Below, piece by piece: positions 20,197 through 30,708 of a DNA stretch of 64,000 bases (positions within the stretch are counted from its first letter, which is position 1; every line of letters starts with the position of its first letter). A model generated the notes under the pieces. The model ran no database searches. It saw nothing but the letters and a program-made list of their open reading frames with translations, and had not been told where the DNA came from. The stretch is taken from contig CAIUGE010000037.1 in assembly GCA_903898645.1 (NCBI GenBank), positions 2,055 through 66,054 on the forward strand. The letters run 5' to 3'. Both the position numbers and the translations under genes were made by a program. This DNA comes from Oligoflexia bacterium. Its GTDB lineage: Bacteria > Bdellovibrionota > UBA1018.

Positions 20197-20829
20197 ATGT
20201 TTATGCTTATTGCATTGCCGTTTGCGCATCGCGTCAGCGCTCTTGTCTGGCTTATATTCCTTGGTATGTGTGGGTTTGCATTGAATTCGCTCCGCATTGA
20301 GCGGATGCAGGGGTATGAGGTTGCTGCATTTTTTGGCAGGCCACTGTTTGTGCAGGACAGGGCCATTGTCGCTGAAATAAAAAAAAATAAGGCAATCAGA
20401 CAGGCGACCATTAGACGTATCTTGCCCAGTACCTTGGAAATTGACGCAATATATCGTATTCCTCTTGCTCGGGTTGGTGCTTATGCGCTTGACGAAGAAG
20501 GTGTCCTTTTTGAATCAGGGGCGGCCTTGCTTGAGCTTTCCTGTCCTGAGGAAAGCTATCCCAAATTAGGTGCCTTGTTGACAAGTATCCCGTGGAGGGG
20601 ATCGATTCATGCGATCGATTGTGCATCCCAGAGCATGACAGTGATGCTCCGGCGTGAAGTAACGGTGATCTTTGATAAGCCTCTTGCTCAGGTGACACAG
20701 CAGGAGCTCGTTCGCCTTGGTCAGATCAGACGTTTGCTGCTCAAAGCGCCTTTTCATGTGCAGTCAGTCTTTTTTCGTCCCTATGCAAAAACTATTGTCA
20801 AAAAGGCAATAGATCCCTACCCTCTTTGA
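20197..20829 (+). CDS. ftsQ: Cell division protein FtsQ-like (short)
   Basis: N-terminal TM segment then a POTRA-like region. It lies immediately upstream of ftsA. Confidence 0.5.
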   Translation: MFMLIALPFAHRVSALVWLIFLGMCGFALNSLRIERMQGYEVAAFFGRPLFVQDRAIVAEIKKNKAIRQATIRRILPSTLEIDAIYRIPLARVGAYALDEEGVLFESGAALLELSCPEESYPKLGALLTSIPWRGSIHAIDCASQSMTVMLRREVTVIFDKPLAQVTQQELVRLGQIRRLLLKAPFHVQSVFFRPYAKTIVKKAIDPYPL

Positions 20830-20844
20830 TAGGGGTGGTAGTTC

Positions 20845-22017
20845 ATGAAATGTTTTGCAGCGCTTGATATTGGATCGACAAAGATTGCATGCATGATCGG
20901 ATGTCATGAAGAGGGGTCTTTGCGTGTTCTTGGTAAAGGTGTTGCACCAGCATTGGGTATGCGTAAAGGGACTATTGTCCATATTGATGCAACCGTTCAA
21001 GGTATCCAGCAAGCAGTGCGCGAAGCTGAGAAAGCTGCTGGCGTGAGTGTTGATACTGTCATTGCAGGTATTTCCGGTTCTCATATACAGTCATTTAACT
21101 CAACTGGGATTGTTGCTATTCGTGATAAAGAAGTGGTGTATGATGACGTGCGGCGCGTTTTAGAGGCTGCACGTGCTGTTGCTATCCCTGTTGATCGTGA
21201 AACAATCCATATGCTCCCTCAGGAATACTTGATTAATGATCAAGGAGGTATTCGGGATCCGCTTGGCATGAGTGGCGTCAGGCTTGAGGCAAAGGTACAT
21301 ATTGTCACGGGATCGACAGCGGTTGCCCAAAATATTATAAAATGTGCGAATAAAGCTGGCCTGCATGTTGCCGAAGTGTGTTTGGCGTCACTTGCGTCTG
21401 CACAGAGTCTTTGTCATGACGAAAAAGAATTGGGCGTTGTTTTGATTGATATTGGGGGCAGTACAACAGACATTGTGATCTTCAAAGAAGGTGCAATCAT
21501 CCATACTGCCATTATCCCTATAGGCGGATCGCATATTACGAATGATATTGCTCTTGGTCTGAGGACGCCCATAGCTGAGGCTGAGAAAATGAAGTGCTTG
21601 CATGGTTGTGCATTGACTTCTTTGATAGGATTCGATGAGATGGTGGAAGTCCCAGGTGTGGGTGGGAGGCGAGCACAGGCCTTGTCGCGACGATCTTTGG
21701 CTGATATCATTGAGCCACGATTAGAAGAGTTGATATTGATGGTAGGGCGGGAGATAGACAAAACACATATGCGTCACGTGCTCTCAGCTGGTATTGTTAT
21801 GACAGGGGGGTCATCGCTTGTGTATGCTTTACCTGAGCTTGCTGAATTTACGCTTGAGATGCCCGTTAAGAGAGTGGATGCATCTCCAGAATTGTCAACA
21901 GTGTTGGGGCTCTTGCGCACGCGCTATGACCGTGAGCAAAAGAAGGTGCATCAAAAAAACACTGTATCTGACCGTCTGACAAGGTCTGTGAGTGCTTGGA
22001 TGCGAGATTTATTCTAA
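20845..22017 (+). CDS. ftsA: Cell division protein FtsA
   Basis: Actin-like ATPase motifs DIGS(T)K and GG..TD are present. Confidence 0.88.
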   Translation: MKCFAALDIGSTKIACMIGCHEEGSLRVLGKGVAPALGMRKGTIVHIDATVQGIQQAVREAEKAAGVSVDTVIAGISGSHIQSFNSTGIVAIRDKEVVYDDVRRVLEAARAVAIPVDRETIHMLPQEYLINDQGGIRDPLGMSGVRLEAKVHIVTGSTAVAQNIIKCANKAGLHVAEVCLASLASAQSLCHDEKELGVVLIDIGGSTTDIVIFKEGAIIHTAIIPIGGSHITNDIALGLRTPIAEAEKMKCLHGCALTSLIGFDEMVEVPGVGGRRAQALSRRSLADIIEPRLEELILMVGREIDKTHMRHVLSAGIVMTGGSSLVYALPELAEFTLEMPVKRVDASPELSTVLGLLRTRYDREQKKVHQKNTVSDRLTRSVSAWMRDLF

Positions 22018-22039
22018 TTTTAAAAGGGGGAAGTTTATT

Positions 22040-23197
22040 ATGATGGATGAAATGATAAGCGGTGGGGCAAAAATTAAAGTAGTTGGCGTTGGTGGGAGTG
22101 GGTGCAACGCAGTAAATACTATGATTCGTGCCGGTTTGCATGGTGTGGAGTTTATTACAGCAAATACCGACAAGCAGGCACTTGATGCATCCCTTGCGAC
22201 AGTCAAGCTTGCCATTGGTCAGGAGCTTACGAAGGGTCTTGGGGCAGGCGCCAACCCGGAAGTGGGAAGGAAAGCCGCGCTGGAAGATTATGCAAAAGTG
22301 TCTGAAATTCTTGCAGGCGCAGATATGGTTTTTATCACAGCTGGTATGGGCGGGGGTACTGGAACCGGTGCTGCGCCTATTTTTGCAAAAGTTGCCAAGG
22401 AAATAGGCGCTTTGACAGTAGGCGTTGTGACAAAGCCATTTCTTTTTGAAGGGCGTAAACGTATGCGGCACGCAGATGCCGGTATGCTTGCTTTACGTGA
22501 AAGTGTTGATTCTTTGATTACTATACCAAACCAGAGGTTGCTTGCTATTTCTGGTGCAACGCTTTCGATGGTGGATGCATTTAAGAAAGCAGACGAAGTG
22601 CTTCTGAATGCTGTGCAGGGTATATCTGACCTGATCAATAATACAGGTCTTATTAATAGTGACTTTGCCGATGTACGTACAATCATGCAGAATAAGGGTC
22701 TTGCTCTTATGGGTATAGGTTATGGCGAAGGTGAGCATCGCGCTGTTGATGCGGCCACAAATGCCATCAGCTCCCCGTTGCTTGATGATATCTCGATTGA
22801 TGGAGCAACAGGTATTATTATTAATATCACCGGTGGGTCTAATCTTAAAATCCATGAAGTGAATGAAGCAACAACGCTGATTATGGAAGCGGCGCATGAA
22901 GATGCTGAGATCATTTTTGGGACTGTCATTGATGAATCGCTAAAAGATATGGTCAAAGTGACAGTGATTGCGACAGGTCTTGGTGTGCATAAAGAGATAG
23001 TGCCTACCTTTGAGCCTGCGCCAATGATCCATGCTGTTGAAGAGCCTCTTGTTGAAGCTGTGCTTGAGGCTGCACCTGAGTCTCAGGAGTTGGCGCGTGC
23101 CCGTGCAATAGCGCAGCGTCTTGGCATTACGAATCTTACCGATGATGAGTATGAGGTGCCAACCTATATGAGACGGCAGCAAGAAAGGGACCTTTGA
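22040..23197 (+). CDS. ftsZ: Cell division protein FtsZ
   Basis: GGGTGTG tubulin signature and NTD motif are present. ATG at 22040 follows a GGGGGA RBS. The track ORF starts at 21992. Confidence 0.92.
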   Translation: MMDEMISGGAKIKVVGVGGSGCNAVNTMIRAGLHGVEFITANTDKQALDASLATVKLAIGQELTKGLGAGANPEVGRKAALEDYAKVSEILAGADMVFITAGMGGGTGTGAAPIFAKVAKEIGALTVGVVTKPFLFEGRKRMRHADAGMLALRESVDSLITIPNQRLLAISGATLSMVDAFKKADEVLLNAVQGISDLINNTGLINSDFADVRTIMQNKGLALMGIGYGEGEHRAVDAATNAISSPLLDDISIDGATGIIINITGGSNLKIHEVNEATTLIMEAAHEDAEIIFGTVIDESLKDMVKVTVIATGLGVHKEIVPTFEPAPMIHAVEEPLVEAVLEAAPESQELARARAIAQRLGITNLTDDEYEVPTYMRRQQERDL

Positions 23198-23222
23198 TGG
23201 TTGGCTGCTGAAGACAGCGTCG

Positions 23223-23813
23223 TTACGTGCGTCCTTTGACTTCGTGGGCAAGCTCGGCAAGTACGAGTTGGGAGCATGCATTGAGAGTTTCCATCACGCC
23301 AATGCCTTTGTGTGCAATTGCTTCGAAATAAGGCCTATCCATGGGATTGAGTGTTGCATTGAGTTCAGCAATGCTTAACTTCTGTGGTATGTCGCGCTTA
23401 TTGTACTGAAAAACAAGGGGTATGCTGTGGATGTCGTAGCCTTGGTTCTCGAGCGTCTTTTCGAGTTGATTGAGTGTCTCGATATTTGCTTCCATACGTT
23501 CTTGGGAGCTGTCTGCGACAAAAATGAGTCCATCAAGACCACGGAGGATAAATTGACGTGATGTATCGTAGAAGCTTTGTCCAGGCAATGTATAGAGATG
23601 CAATCTTGTTTTGAGGCCATTGCGTTCTCCAATCCCTAAGGGCAGAAAGTCAAAAAAAAGCGTGCGTTCATTTTCAGCGCTGAGCGATACCAGTTGTGTG
23701 TTATTCGTTTTTTCATAAATATACTGCATATTGGTTGTTTTGCCACTCATGCCCGGTCCGATATAGATGACCTTGCAGTTTACCTCTTTTGCTGTCAGAT
23801 GGATGAAGCTCAT
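23223..23813 (-). CDS. mglA: MglA-type Ras-like small GTPase
   Basis: Approximately 60% identity by eye to Myxococcus MglA. P-loop GPGMSGKTT and switch II LYTLPGQ are present. Confidence 0.8.
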   Translation of the reverse strand: MSFIHLTAKEVNCKVIYIGPGMSGKTTNMQYIYEKTNNTQLVSLSAENERTLFFDFLPLGIGERNGLKTRLHLYTLPGQSFYDTSRQFILRGLDGLIFVADSSQERMEANIETLNQLEKTLENQGYDIHSIPLVFQYNKRDIPQKLSIAELNATLNPMDRPYFEAIAHKGIGVMETLNACSQLVLAELAHEVKGRT

Positions 23814-24420
23814 TGTCGTATCTCCGTCCGGTTTTGGAATGCGTGGTAGATTGTTCGCGTATCAGTAAATTCAATCATGCCGCCTGCGGCAAGGCCGCTT
23901 GCAAGCTGGGTGCATTTGATGCCAGGCAGCAAAGAGGAAATGAGATTGATGGTGGTTGCGCTTTCGATGCTCGGATTGAGGGCAAAAATAATCTCAAAAA
24001 CCGTATCTTTTTTCGTACGAGTAATCAGCTCTTGGATACGGCAGTCCTCTGCTCGTATACCGTCAAGGGGTGAAATAATTGCTCCTAAGATATGGTAATG
24101 GCCCCGAAAAACGCCACCCTCTTCGATGTAGTTGACATCAGAGGGTTTTTCGACAACGCATATCATGCTGTTTTGACGTTTTGCGCTGCGACATATAGAG
24201 CATAGAGGATCAGTCGTGAGTTGAAAGCAGTTCTTACATTCGCAGATTTTCTCTTTTGCATCTATCAATGCTTTTGTCAGGTAGTCAGCGTGCTGTTTGT
24301 GACTTGCTAGGAAAATGGCGAGACGTTTGCTTGCCTTAATGCCAATACCTGGGAGCTTGCTTAGCTCATAGGCAAGGCGATCAAGAGGTTGGTTTGAGTT
24401 CAATGGATCCAAGCTGACCT
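23810..24420 (-). CDS. recR: Recombination protein RecR
   Basis: KLPGIGIKASKRLA HhH motif, C4 zinc finger (CxxC...CxxC) and Toprim domain are present. The start is probably an internal TTG; the track ORF extends to 24472 and overlaps dnaX. Confidence 0.8.
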
Positions 24421-25892
24421 CCAAAAAGTGCGAGCGCCTCAACGAGGAGAGGGTGTTTTTGGGCCTCATCAATCATTTGGGCCTGTTTTTGCTGAATATG
24501 CTGATGTTTTTTTAGAGCACGAGATGGGTCTGTAGCATCAAAATGGATATCTAAACGTGTCTCGGGTCCAAAATGCGTCTTTGCTGCCAGCAAAAGCTCT
24601 TTCATCATACCTCGAGACTCGATATGTGTTTTGAGTGATTGCGTATTTGATGGGAACGCCATCGTCAAGAGTCCGCCTTGAAGCTCAATGCGAGCTGCCT
24701 GATTAATAACGGCAGCTAAGTGCGGATCCCTTGATTGGAGGTCCTGGATAAAAGGCTCAGTATCCTGAGGAGGTGGTGTATTGCCTACCATCAAAAGTGA
24801 TTCAGCTGCTGCACATTTGATAAGGAGCATTTCTAAAATAATGCCCTGTTGTGCTGACCGGGTCATCCACGTGAGGCCATGGGCCAAGACCTGGAACATG
24901 AGTTCCATTTCCTCAAGCGGCCGTTTATTAGCAATGCGTCCACACTCTTTTTGTTCGTGCTCAAGCAGTGATCTCTCAGTACCGCCAATTTTTGCCAAAA
25001 CAATGGCGTGTAAGAAGCTCATCAGTGATTCTGTAAAAAGCTTGATATCGACGCCTGATCGAATAATGGTACGTGCTGTATCAAGTGCTATACGTGGTTT
25101 TCGGTCAAAAATAGCTTCCAGGATCTGTAGGAGCATCGTGCTATCTAAAAGGCCGATGCTCTCCCTCAATGCATCAATGGAAACAAGGTCAGGACTAAGT
25201 GCTAGGACTTGATCGAGTAAGGATAGAGCATCCCGCATGCTTCCGGCTGCAGCACGTGCCAGTAATGGTATGGTAGCCTGCTCGTAGATCACTTCTTCCG
25301 CCTTCAGAATTTGCTCAAGACGCATACCAATAGCGTCCTCACCGACCTGTCGACACGCAAAGTGCTGGCATCGTGACAGAACCGTTGCTGGGAGTTTGTG
25401 GACTTCTGTTGTTGCAAAGATAAAAAGGACATGGGGAGGGGGTTCTTCCAGTATTTTTAAAAGAGCATTGAAAGCCGCTCCCGACAACATGTGGGCCTCG
25501 TCAATGATAAAAATTCGCTTTCCCGATGATGGAATGTACTGTGCTATATCTCGGAGCTCACGGATCGCGTCTACCCCATTGTGGGATGCTCCATCTATCT
25601 CCATAACATCAAAAGCACGCGACGCCGCGATATCTTGGCATGTAGAACAGATGTCACAACAGGTGCTATAGATCTCAAAGCCTTTGTTGTTACAGATGAT
25701 ACATTTGGCAAAGATTCGTGCTAAAGATGTTTTCCCAACGCCACGAGAGCCTGAGAAAACGTACGCATGATGAAGTCGTCCTCTCGTGATAGCATGACTG
25801 AGTGCTAAAATAACGGGGTTTTGACCGATGACTTCGCTAAATTGACGGGGTCGCCACTTTCTAGCTAGTGCAATGTAGGGCAGATCAGACAT
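24381..25892 (-). CDS. dnaX: DNA polymerase III subunit gamma/tau
   Basis: Clamp-loader AAA+ motifs GSRGVGKTS and the zinc module CxxC are present. Confidence 0.88.
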   Translation of the reverse strand: MSDLPYIALARKWRPRQFSEVIGQNPVILALSHAITRGRLHHAYVFSGSRGVGKTSLARIFAKCIICNNKGFEIYSTCCDICSTCQDIAASRAFDVMEIDGASHNGVDAIRELRDIAQYIPSSGKRIFIIDEAHMLSGAAFNALLKILEEPPPHVLFIFATTEVHKLPATVLSRCQHFACRQVGEDAIGMRLEQILKAEEVIYEQATIPLLARAAAGSMRDALSLLDQVLALSPDLVSIDALRESIGLLDSTMLLQILEAIFDRKPRIALDTARTIIRSGVDIKLFTESLMSFLHAIVLAKIGGTERSLLEHEQKECGRIANKRPLEEMELMFQVLAHGLTWMTRSAQQGIILEMLLIKCAAAESLLMVGNTPPPQDTEPFIQDLQSRDPHLAAVINQAARIELQGGLLTMAFPSNTQSLKTHIESRGMMKELLLAAKTHFGPETRLDIHFDATDPSRALKKHQHIQQKQAQMIDEAQKHPLLVEALALFGGQLGSIELKPTS

Positions 25893-26048
25893 GCATAGCG
25901 GATACTACTGCTTTACCTGCAAAAATGGAATGATAAAAAATAACACATTGAGTCAATACGAGAATCTTTGGTGCTTTTTTTCTTTGTCATCATATGTGGC
26001 CAGTGATCTTGGGGATTATCAGGTGAGAATAGCTGCAGCGCAATTTGC

Positions 26049-26077
26049 TTGAATTTTGTGTATCTTATTGATATAAG
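26049..26077 (+). promoter_or_regulatory. Sigma-70-like promoter TTGAAT-N17-TATAAG upstream of ORF 26208
   Basis: Hexamers and spacing read directly from the sequence. It lies about 130 nt upstream of the ATG. Confidence 0.4.
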
Positions 26078-26207
26078 AGCTGCCCGACTTCACGCGAGAC
26101 TCAGAAAGCACAAGGTATGAATGCTAGAGTTTTTTGCTACGACTGGGGTTATTTAGGTAGGCCGACTATATGTTGTGGCTACCACAATAGAATAGAGGAA
26201 GTTCATT

Positions 26208-27041
26208 ATGAGGACGTTGGGTATTTTTCTTTTTTCTTTTCAAGCGTATGGAGTTGATTTCTTAGTCCATTTTCCTTACTTGCAAGTGGGTTCTTTCTTA
26301 GAGCGGCACCAGTCCTACCTGATCACAAGTCCAGATGCGGTCCGGCGTGTTTACTATGTGCCGCCAGTGGGGAGGCGTCAGGCTCTCGTTGGTACGCGGG
26401 ATGTTGGTGAAAGGGAGATGTCTGTCTACCGCCTATCCGATGATATGACTCTTCTTAATCATGAGCCCGAAAAGGTGTCAGTTGCGTCCTTTCGGAAGAT
26501 GGCTGGGTATGATGAAGAGATAGTGATGCTCCATTTCGCGATGGAAGTGGATAACTTAGATCACCTCATGCAGCCAATGAGCCTTGCAGTGGGTGCGCCC
26601 CTTGTCGTAGTGTCGGATAGTAATTACGGTTTAGTCGTACCCATGGGCTCTTTTCAGACAGTTCGGTATAATTCTGTGAGAGATCTTCGTGCCCTCAAGG
26701 TAGTGAGTGTTTATCCTTCTCCGATCATTGCACTTTATGACAGTCAGTTTCAAACGGGATCAGTGGGGTATTTGGATGGGCTGACAAATCCAGCAGCCTT
26801 TCTTCAGGATATGCTTCTTGATATGCAGGCACATGGGGCTCAGGGACCAATTTCGATGGTTATTGCAGGAGGGCTTTCCTCAGCATGTCTTAAAAAACTT
26901 GAGCCTATGTACGAAAAATGCGCACAAGTGAGGCTTGTATATGCCGATCATATCTGGATGGACCTTGAGACCGGGGTGATTTCAAGATTTAAACCAGACG
27001 ACTCATTGTTTACGACAATATCAGCTACTCAAGTTCCTTGA
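26208..27041 (+). CDS. Hypothetical protein (277 aa) with a hydrophobic N-terminus
   Basis: Isolated ORF with long non-coding flanks (about 315 and 255 nt). No motif recognised. Confidence 0.45.
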   Translation: MRTLGIFLFSFQAYGVDFLVHFPYLQVGSFLERHQSYLITSPDAVRRVYYVPPVGRRQALVGTRDVGEREMSVYRLSDDMTLLNHEPEKVSVASFRKMAGYDEEIVMLHFAMEVDNLDHLMQPMSLAVGAPLVVVSDSNYGLVVPMGSFQTVRYNSVRDLRALKVVSVYPSPIIALYDSQFQTGSVGYLDGLTNPAAFLQDMLLDMQAHGAQGPISMVIAGGLSSACLKKLEPMYEKCAQVRLVYADHIWMDLETGVISRFKPDDSLFTTISATQVP

Positions 27042-27297
27042 GAATAGCGCGGATTCATGCAGGTCGATCTCGCGATCGCACTTGTTTAGTCGTGAGTGCT
27101 GAAGTGTGGAGTGGCGTCGACTGATGTGATCATTAATATATAGCGCGTTGGGTCATATCAGGGTCCTATGTATGTGATTTTGCTTTCGGCAGAACATCTC
27201 GTGACGCTCTGCAAGTTAGTGATTTGATGCGTAAAAGAATAATGAGCCTTTTCCGTAAATGCAATTGACATGTTTTTAGCTATTTTCTAGCATCCCG

Positions 27298-27810
27298 GTG
27301 GGGCGGTTGTTTTGGAAAGGATTGTATGTGAATCAGCTGCGGGTGCCAGTAGCGTTTGGTAGTGTGCGTCTTGTGTGGGATGAGCAGGGTTTATTGCAGC
27401 GCATCCTTTTAGAAAAAGAGGCGGCAGATGTGCCATCTTTTATGACAGATATGGCAAGACGGATCCAGCGGGCATGTGATTTTGGTGAGCCTATAGGGGA
27501 GGTTGACTGGAGCATTTGTGCAAAGATGTCATCATTTCAGGAAGAGATACGAGACGTGGTTGGACTTATTCCATATGGAGAAACACGGACCTATGGGTGG
27601 GTGGCTCGTCATTTGGGGCGCGTACAATTAGCGCGTGCTGTCGGGCGTGCGTTGAGTGCGAATCCATTCCCGCTGCTTGTGCCATGCCATCGGGTACAGA
27701 GTGAGCCTGCCCGGCGGTTTTTAGGGCAGGACTTTTTTGATATTAAGCAGATACTTTTGAAAAAAGAGGAGCTCTATAGGAGTCCTATGTTCTCTAATGC
27801 TTTTTATTGA
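27298..27810 (+). CDS. ogt: Methylated-DNA--protein-cysteine methyltransferase
   Basis: Active-site PCHRV motif and the preceding IPYGETRTYGWVA helix-turn-helix region are present. Confidence 0.7.
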   Translation: MGRLFWKGLYVNQLRVPVAFGSVRLVWDEQGLLQRILLEKEAADVPSFMTDMARRIQRACDFGEPIGEVDWSICAKMSSFQEEIRDVVGLIPYGETRTYGWVARHLGRVQLARAVGRALSANPFPLLVPCHRVQSEPARRFLGQDFFDIKQILLKKEELYRSPMFSNAFY

Positions 27811-28849
27811 GATCTCGCCAGCTTTTGCCTAGGCGGGCTTTGGGGTCAATTTGGAATGTTCGGACTGCCTGGGTATGGTCATTGTAGTTGGTAGAGAATT
27901 CATGCGTGCCGTCATTGTGGGAGACAAAGAAGAGGTACGTGCTTTGTGCTGGATGGATAGCAGCTTTAATGGCTTCTAGGCCTGGATTAGCGATGGGTCC
28001 TATGGGGAGGCCTGGGAGTGTGTAGGTATTGAAGCTGTTTTTTTCTAACAGGTCTTCATGGTGGATCTTGCCATGGTATCGATGCCACATGCCGTAAATC
28101 GTTGTTGGGTCACTTTGAAGGCGCATGTGACGAGAGAGCCTGTTGTGAAATACTGAACTGATAAGGGGTCTTTCGTGGGGAGCGCCGGTTTCCTTTTCGA
28201 TAATGGAGGCAAGCGTTATGATCTCATGCATGCTTAGGGGGGAAGCGTCCATTTTCTGCCAAACAGAGTCAAAACGGTGAAGCATTTGGTGGATCATGTC
28301 CTGAGGTTTCATGTCTTTTTGAAAAAAATAGGTATCGGGAAAGAGGTACCCTTCAAGAGAGGGAGGGGTTTCGTTGAAGATTTTTAGGGTTGTAATAAAT
28401 GACGGATCCTTGCAGAGGGAGATGAATTGCTCCTTGCTGGTGATTAGCTCTTTGCGAAGGAGGTCGTCTGCAATCTCGTACATGTTCTCACCTTCTCGAA
28501 CGGTGAGTGGATGAGGTAGTCTCGTTCCTGTGCTCATGAGGTCAAAAGTTTCAAGGGGGCTAAGTCTTTCCGATAGTTGGTACTCCCCGGCTTTGATTTT
28601 CTTCCATTTTCCAAAGATTTTTCCAGTCAGTGTAAAGAGGTTGTTATTGGAAATGATGGATGCGTCATGGAGGGCTGCTAAAATTTCTTTTTGTGACTCG
28701 CCGCGCCGTATTTCGATAATGTGATTCTCATGAGATGCGCCCAGGGGAGAGAAGGCATAAAGGAAGAAGAAGCCAATAAGAAGGGTCCCGGCCAATGAAA
28801 CAACTGCAATCAGAGTTCTCATGGGAACATAGTAATGCAAGATTCTCAT
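27794..28849 (-). CDS. mltG: Endolytic murein transglycosylase MltG (YceG-like)
   Basis: N-terminal TM segment and YceG-family length and pattern. Confidence 0.55.
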   Translation of the reverse strand: MRILHYYVPMRTLIAVVSLAGTLLIGFFFLYAFSPLGASHENHIIEIRRGESQKEILAALHDASIISNNNLFTLTGKIFGKWKKIKAGEYQLSERLSPLETFDLMSTGTRLPHPLTVREGENMYEIADDLLRKELITSKEQFISLCKDPSFITTLKIFNETPPSLEGYLFPDTYFFQKDMKPQDMIHQMLHRFDSVWQKMDASPLSMHEIITLASIIEKETGAPHERPLISSVFHNRLSRHMRLQSDPTTIYGMWHRYHGKIHHEDLLEKNSFNTYTLPGLPIGPIANPGLEAIKAAIHPAQSTYLFFVSHNDGTHEFSTNYNDHTQAVRTFQIDPKARLGKSWRDLNKKH

Positions 28850-29192
28850 TGCGTGGAAAAATTATCTTGCACGCACCTCTTTTGTGGCATAGAGTGTGTG
28901 GCTATAAGGGGCTGCTGTCGGGCTGGGCGCAATAGACGCATCTTGCTTTGAGTTAGGCGCCCTTCCAGTATTGTTCATCAATTTTACATCGAGAAATTAT
29001 GGGATGGATCGTGGTAATGCAAGTTTTAAGTCGGTCCTTATGAATCAAGGACAAGTAAGAAAAAGTGCGTCAAAAAAAGATCCTCGTGTGCCTTTTAAGA
29101 AAGAGTTTCATGGGGAGAGGCAGAAAACGGTAGTTCCTCACTTCGAGGATGAGCAGATCGCCGAAAGTACTGAGCAAAAAGGGGGCCATTGC

Positions 29193-30440
29193 ATGCATTT
29201 GCGTGAGTTAAAAGAAAAAAAGATTGGCAATTTAGTTGAAATGGGTAAGGAGCTTGGCATTGAGAATGCTGGGGGGATGCGTAAGCAGGACCTTATCTTT
29301 GCTGTTTTGCAGATGAAGGCAGAAAAAGACGAGCATATCTATGCAGATGGTGTGCTGGAGTGTTTGCCAGACGGATTTGGATTTTTGCGTGCTCCCGACT
29401 ATAATTATTTGCCAGGCCCTGATGATGTCTACGTTTCACCATCGCAGATTCGTCGGTTTGGGTTGCGCACTGGTGATACAGTGAGTGGCTCTGTTCGGGC
29501 ACCTAAGGAAGGTGAGAGGTATTTTGCTCTTTTGAAAGTTGAGCAGGTGAATTTTCAGACTCCTGAGATGAATGCTGAGAAAGTTCTTTTCGATAATCTG
29601 ACGCCACTTTATCCGAATCAGCGCATTGTCCTTGAGCATCAGCCGACAAATTATAGTACCCGTATTATTGATATGATGGTGCCATTGGGGAAGGGTCAGC
29701 GTTGCTTGATTGTTGCGCCTCCTCGTGCTGGGAAGACTGTACTTTTGCAGGATATTGCAAATGCTATCACCCAGAACAATCCTGAAATTAAGCTCATTGT
29801 GTTGCTGATTGATGAACGGCCGGAAGAAGTGACGGATATGCAACGGTCTGTTAAGGGCGAAGTTGTCAGCTCAACATTTGATGAGCAAGCGTCACGCCAT
29901 GTGCAGGTAGCTGAGATGGTCATTGAGAAGGCGAAGCGTCTTGTTGAGAATAAGTACGATGTTGTGATTCTTCTTGATTCTGTGACACGGTTAGCCCGCG
30001 CCTACAATTCTGTCGTGCCTCCGTCTGGGAAGATTTTGTCTGGTGGTGTGGATGCGAATGCTCTGCATAAGCCAAAGAAATTCTTTGGCGCAGCTCGTAA
30101 TATTGAAGAGGGTGGGTCTTTAACTATTATTGCAACGGCTTTGATTGATACTGGTTCACGCATGGACGAGGTCATTTTTGAAGAGTTCAAGAGCACTGGT
30201 AATTCTGAAATCCATCTGGATCGCAAGCTGATGGAGAAGAGACTCTTTCCATGCTTGGATATCAATAAGTCAGCAACCCGCAAAGAAGAGCTTTTGTTGC
30301 CAAAGGATATCTTGAATCGTTTGTGGATCCTTCGTAAGGTACTGCATCCTATGAATACGGTTGATGCAATGGAGTTCTTGCTGGAGAAAGTCGCTCATAC
30401 AAAGACAAACGATGAGTTTGTTAAAAATATGAGTGGCTAG
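29193..30440 (+). CDS. rho: Transcription termination factor Rho
   Basis: Canonical N-terminus [41 protein letters not shown] fold and RecA-like ATPase (GKT, etc.) are present. The frame is open for 74 codons further upstream, from 28971. Confidence 0.9.
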   Translation: MHLRELKEKKIGNLVEMGKELGIENAGGMRKQDLIFAVLQMKAEKDEHIYADGVLECLPDGFGFLRAPDYNYLPGPDDVYVSPSQIRRFGLRTGDTVSGSVRAPKEGERYFALLKVEQVNFQTPEMNAEKVLFDNLTPLYPNQRIVLEHQPTNYSTRIIDMMVPLGKGQRCLIVAPPRAGKTVLLQDIANAITQNNPEIKLIVLLIDERPEEVTDMQRSVKGEVVSSTFDEQASRHVQVAEMVIEKAKRLVENKYDVVILLDSVTRLARAYNSVVPPSGKILSGGVDANALHKPKKFFGAARNIEEGGSLTIIATALIDTGSRMDEVIFEEFKSTGNSEIHLDRKLMEKRLFPCLDINKSATRKEELLLPKDILNRLWILRKVLHPMNTVDAMEFLLEKVAHTKTNDEFVKNMSG

Positions 30441-30492
30441 ACGGGCCCAGATCTGATAATAGTTCCCTTTTATTGTACGGAGTAATAAAATT

Positions 30493-30693
30493 ATGAAGCA
30501 GGGTGTTCATCCTCAGTATCATGAGACTACGGTGAAGTGTGCATGCGGTACCATCATTGAGACGCGCGCGACCAAAGAAAACATTAAAGTTGAAATTTGT
30601 TCAACTTGCCATCCTTTCTATACTGGTAAAGAAAAGCTTTTGGATACGGAAGGCCGTGTTGAGCGTTTCTTGAACAAGTATAAGAAAAAGTAA
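30493..30693 (+). CDS. rpmE: 50S ribosomal protein L31
   Basis: [19 protein letters not shown]...[11 protein letters not shown]. Confidence 0.9.
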   Translation: MKQGVHPQYHETTVKCACGTIIETRATKENIKVEICSTCHPFYTGKEKLLDTEGRVERFLNKYKKK

Positions 30694-30708
30694 GGCTTTT
30701 GTGCCTGC

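Noticed and set aside
21160-22956. Numerous ORFs antisense or out-of-frame to ftsA and ftsZ, e.g. 21414..21761(-), 21866..22471(-), 22288..22686(-), 22493..22897(-)
   Set aside because: ftsA and ftsZ are unambiguous. These are overlapping shadow ORFs.
22940-23281. 113-aa minus ORF downstream of mglA that might have been an mglB candidate
   Set aside because: It overlaps the ftsZ 3' end. It has no Roadblock/LC7 features and has odd composition.
25893-26048. Region upstream of dnaX checked for an SRP (4.5S) RNA gene, which often precedes dnaX
   Set aside because: No conserved domain IV motifs (e.g. GGAAGG/AGCAG helix) are found on either strand.
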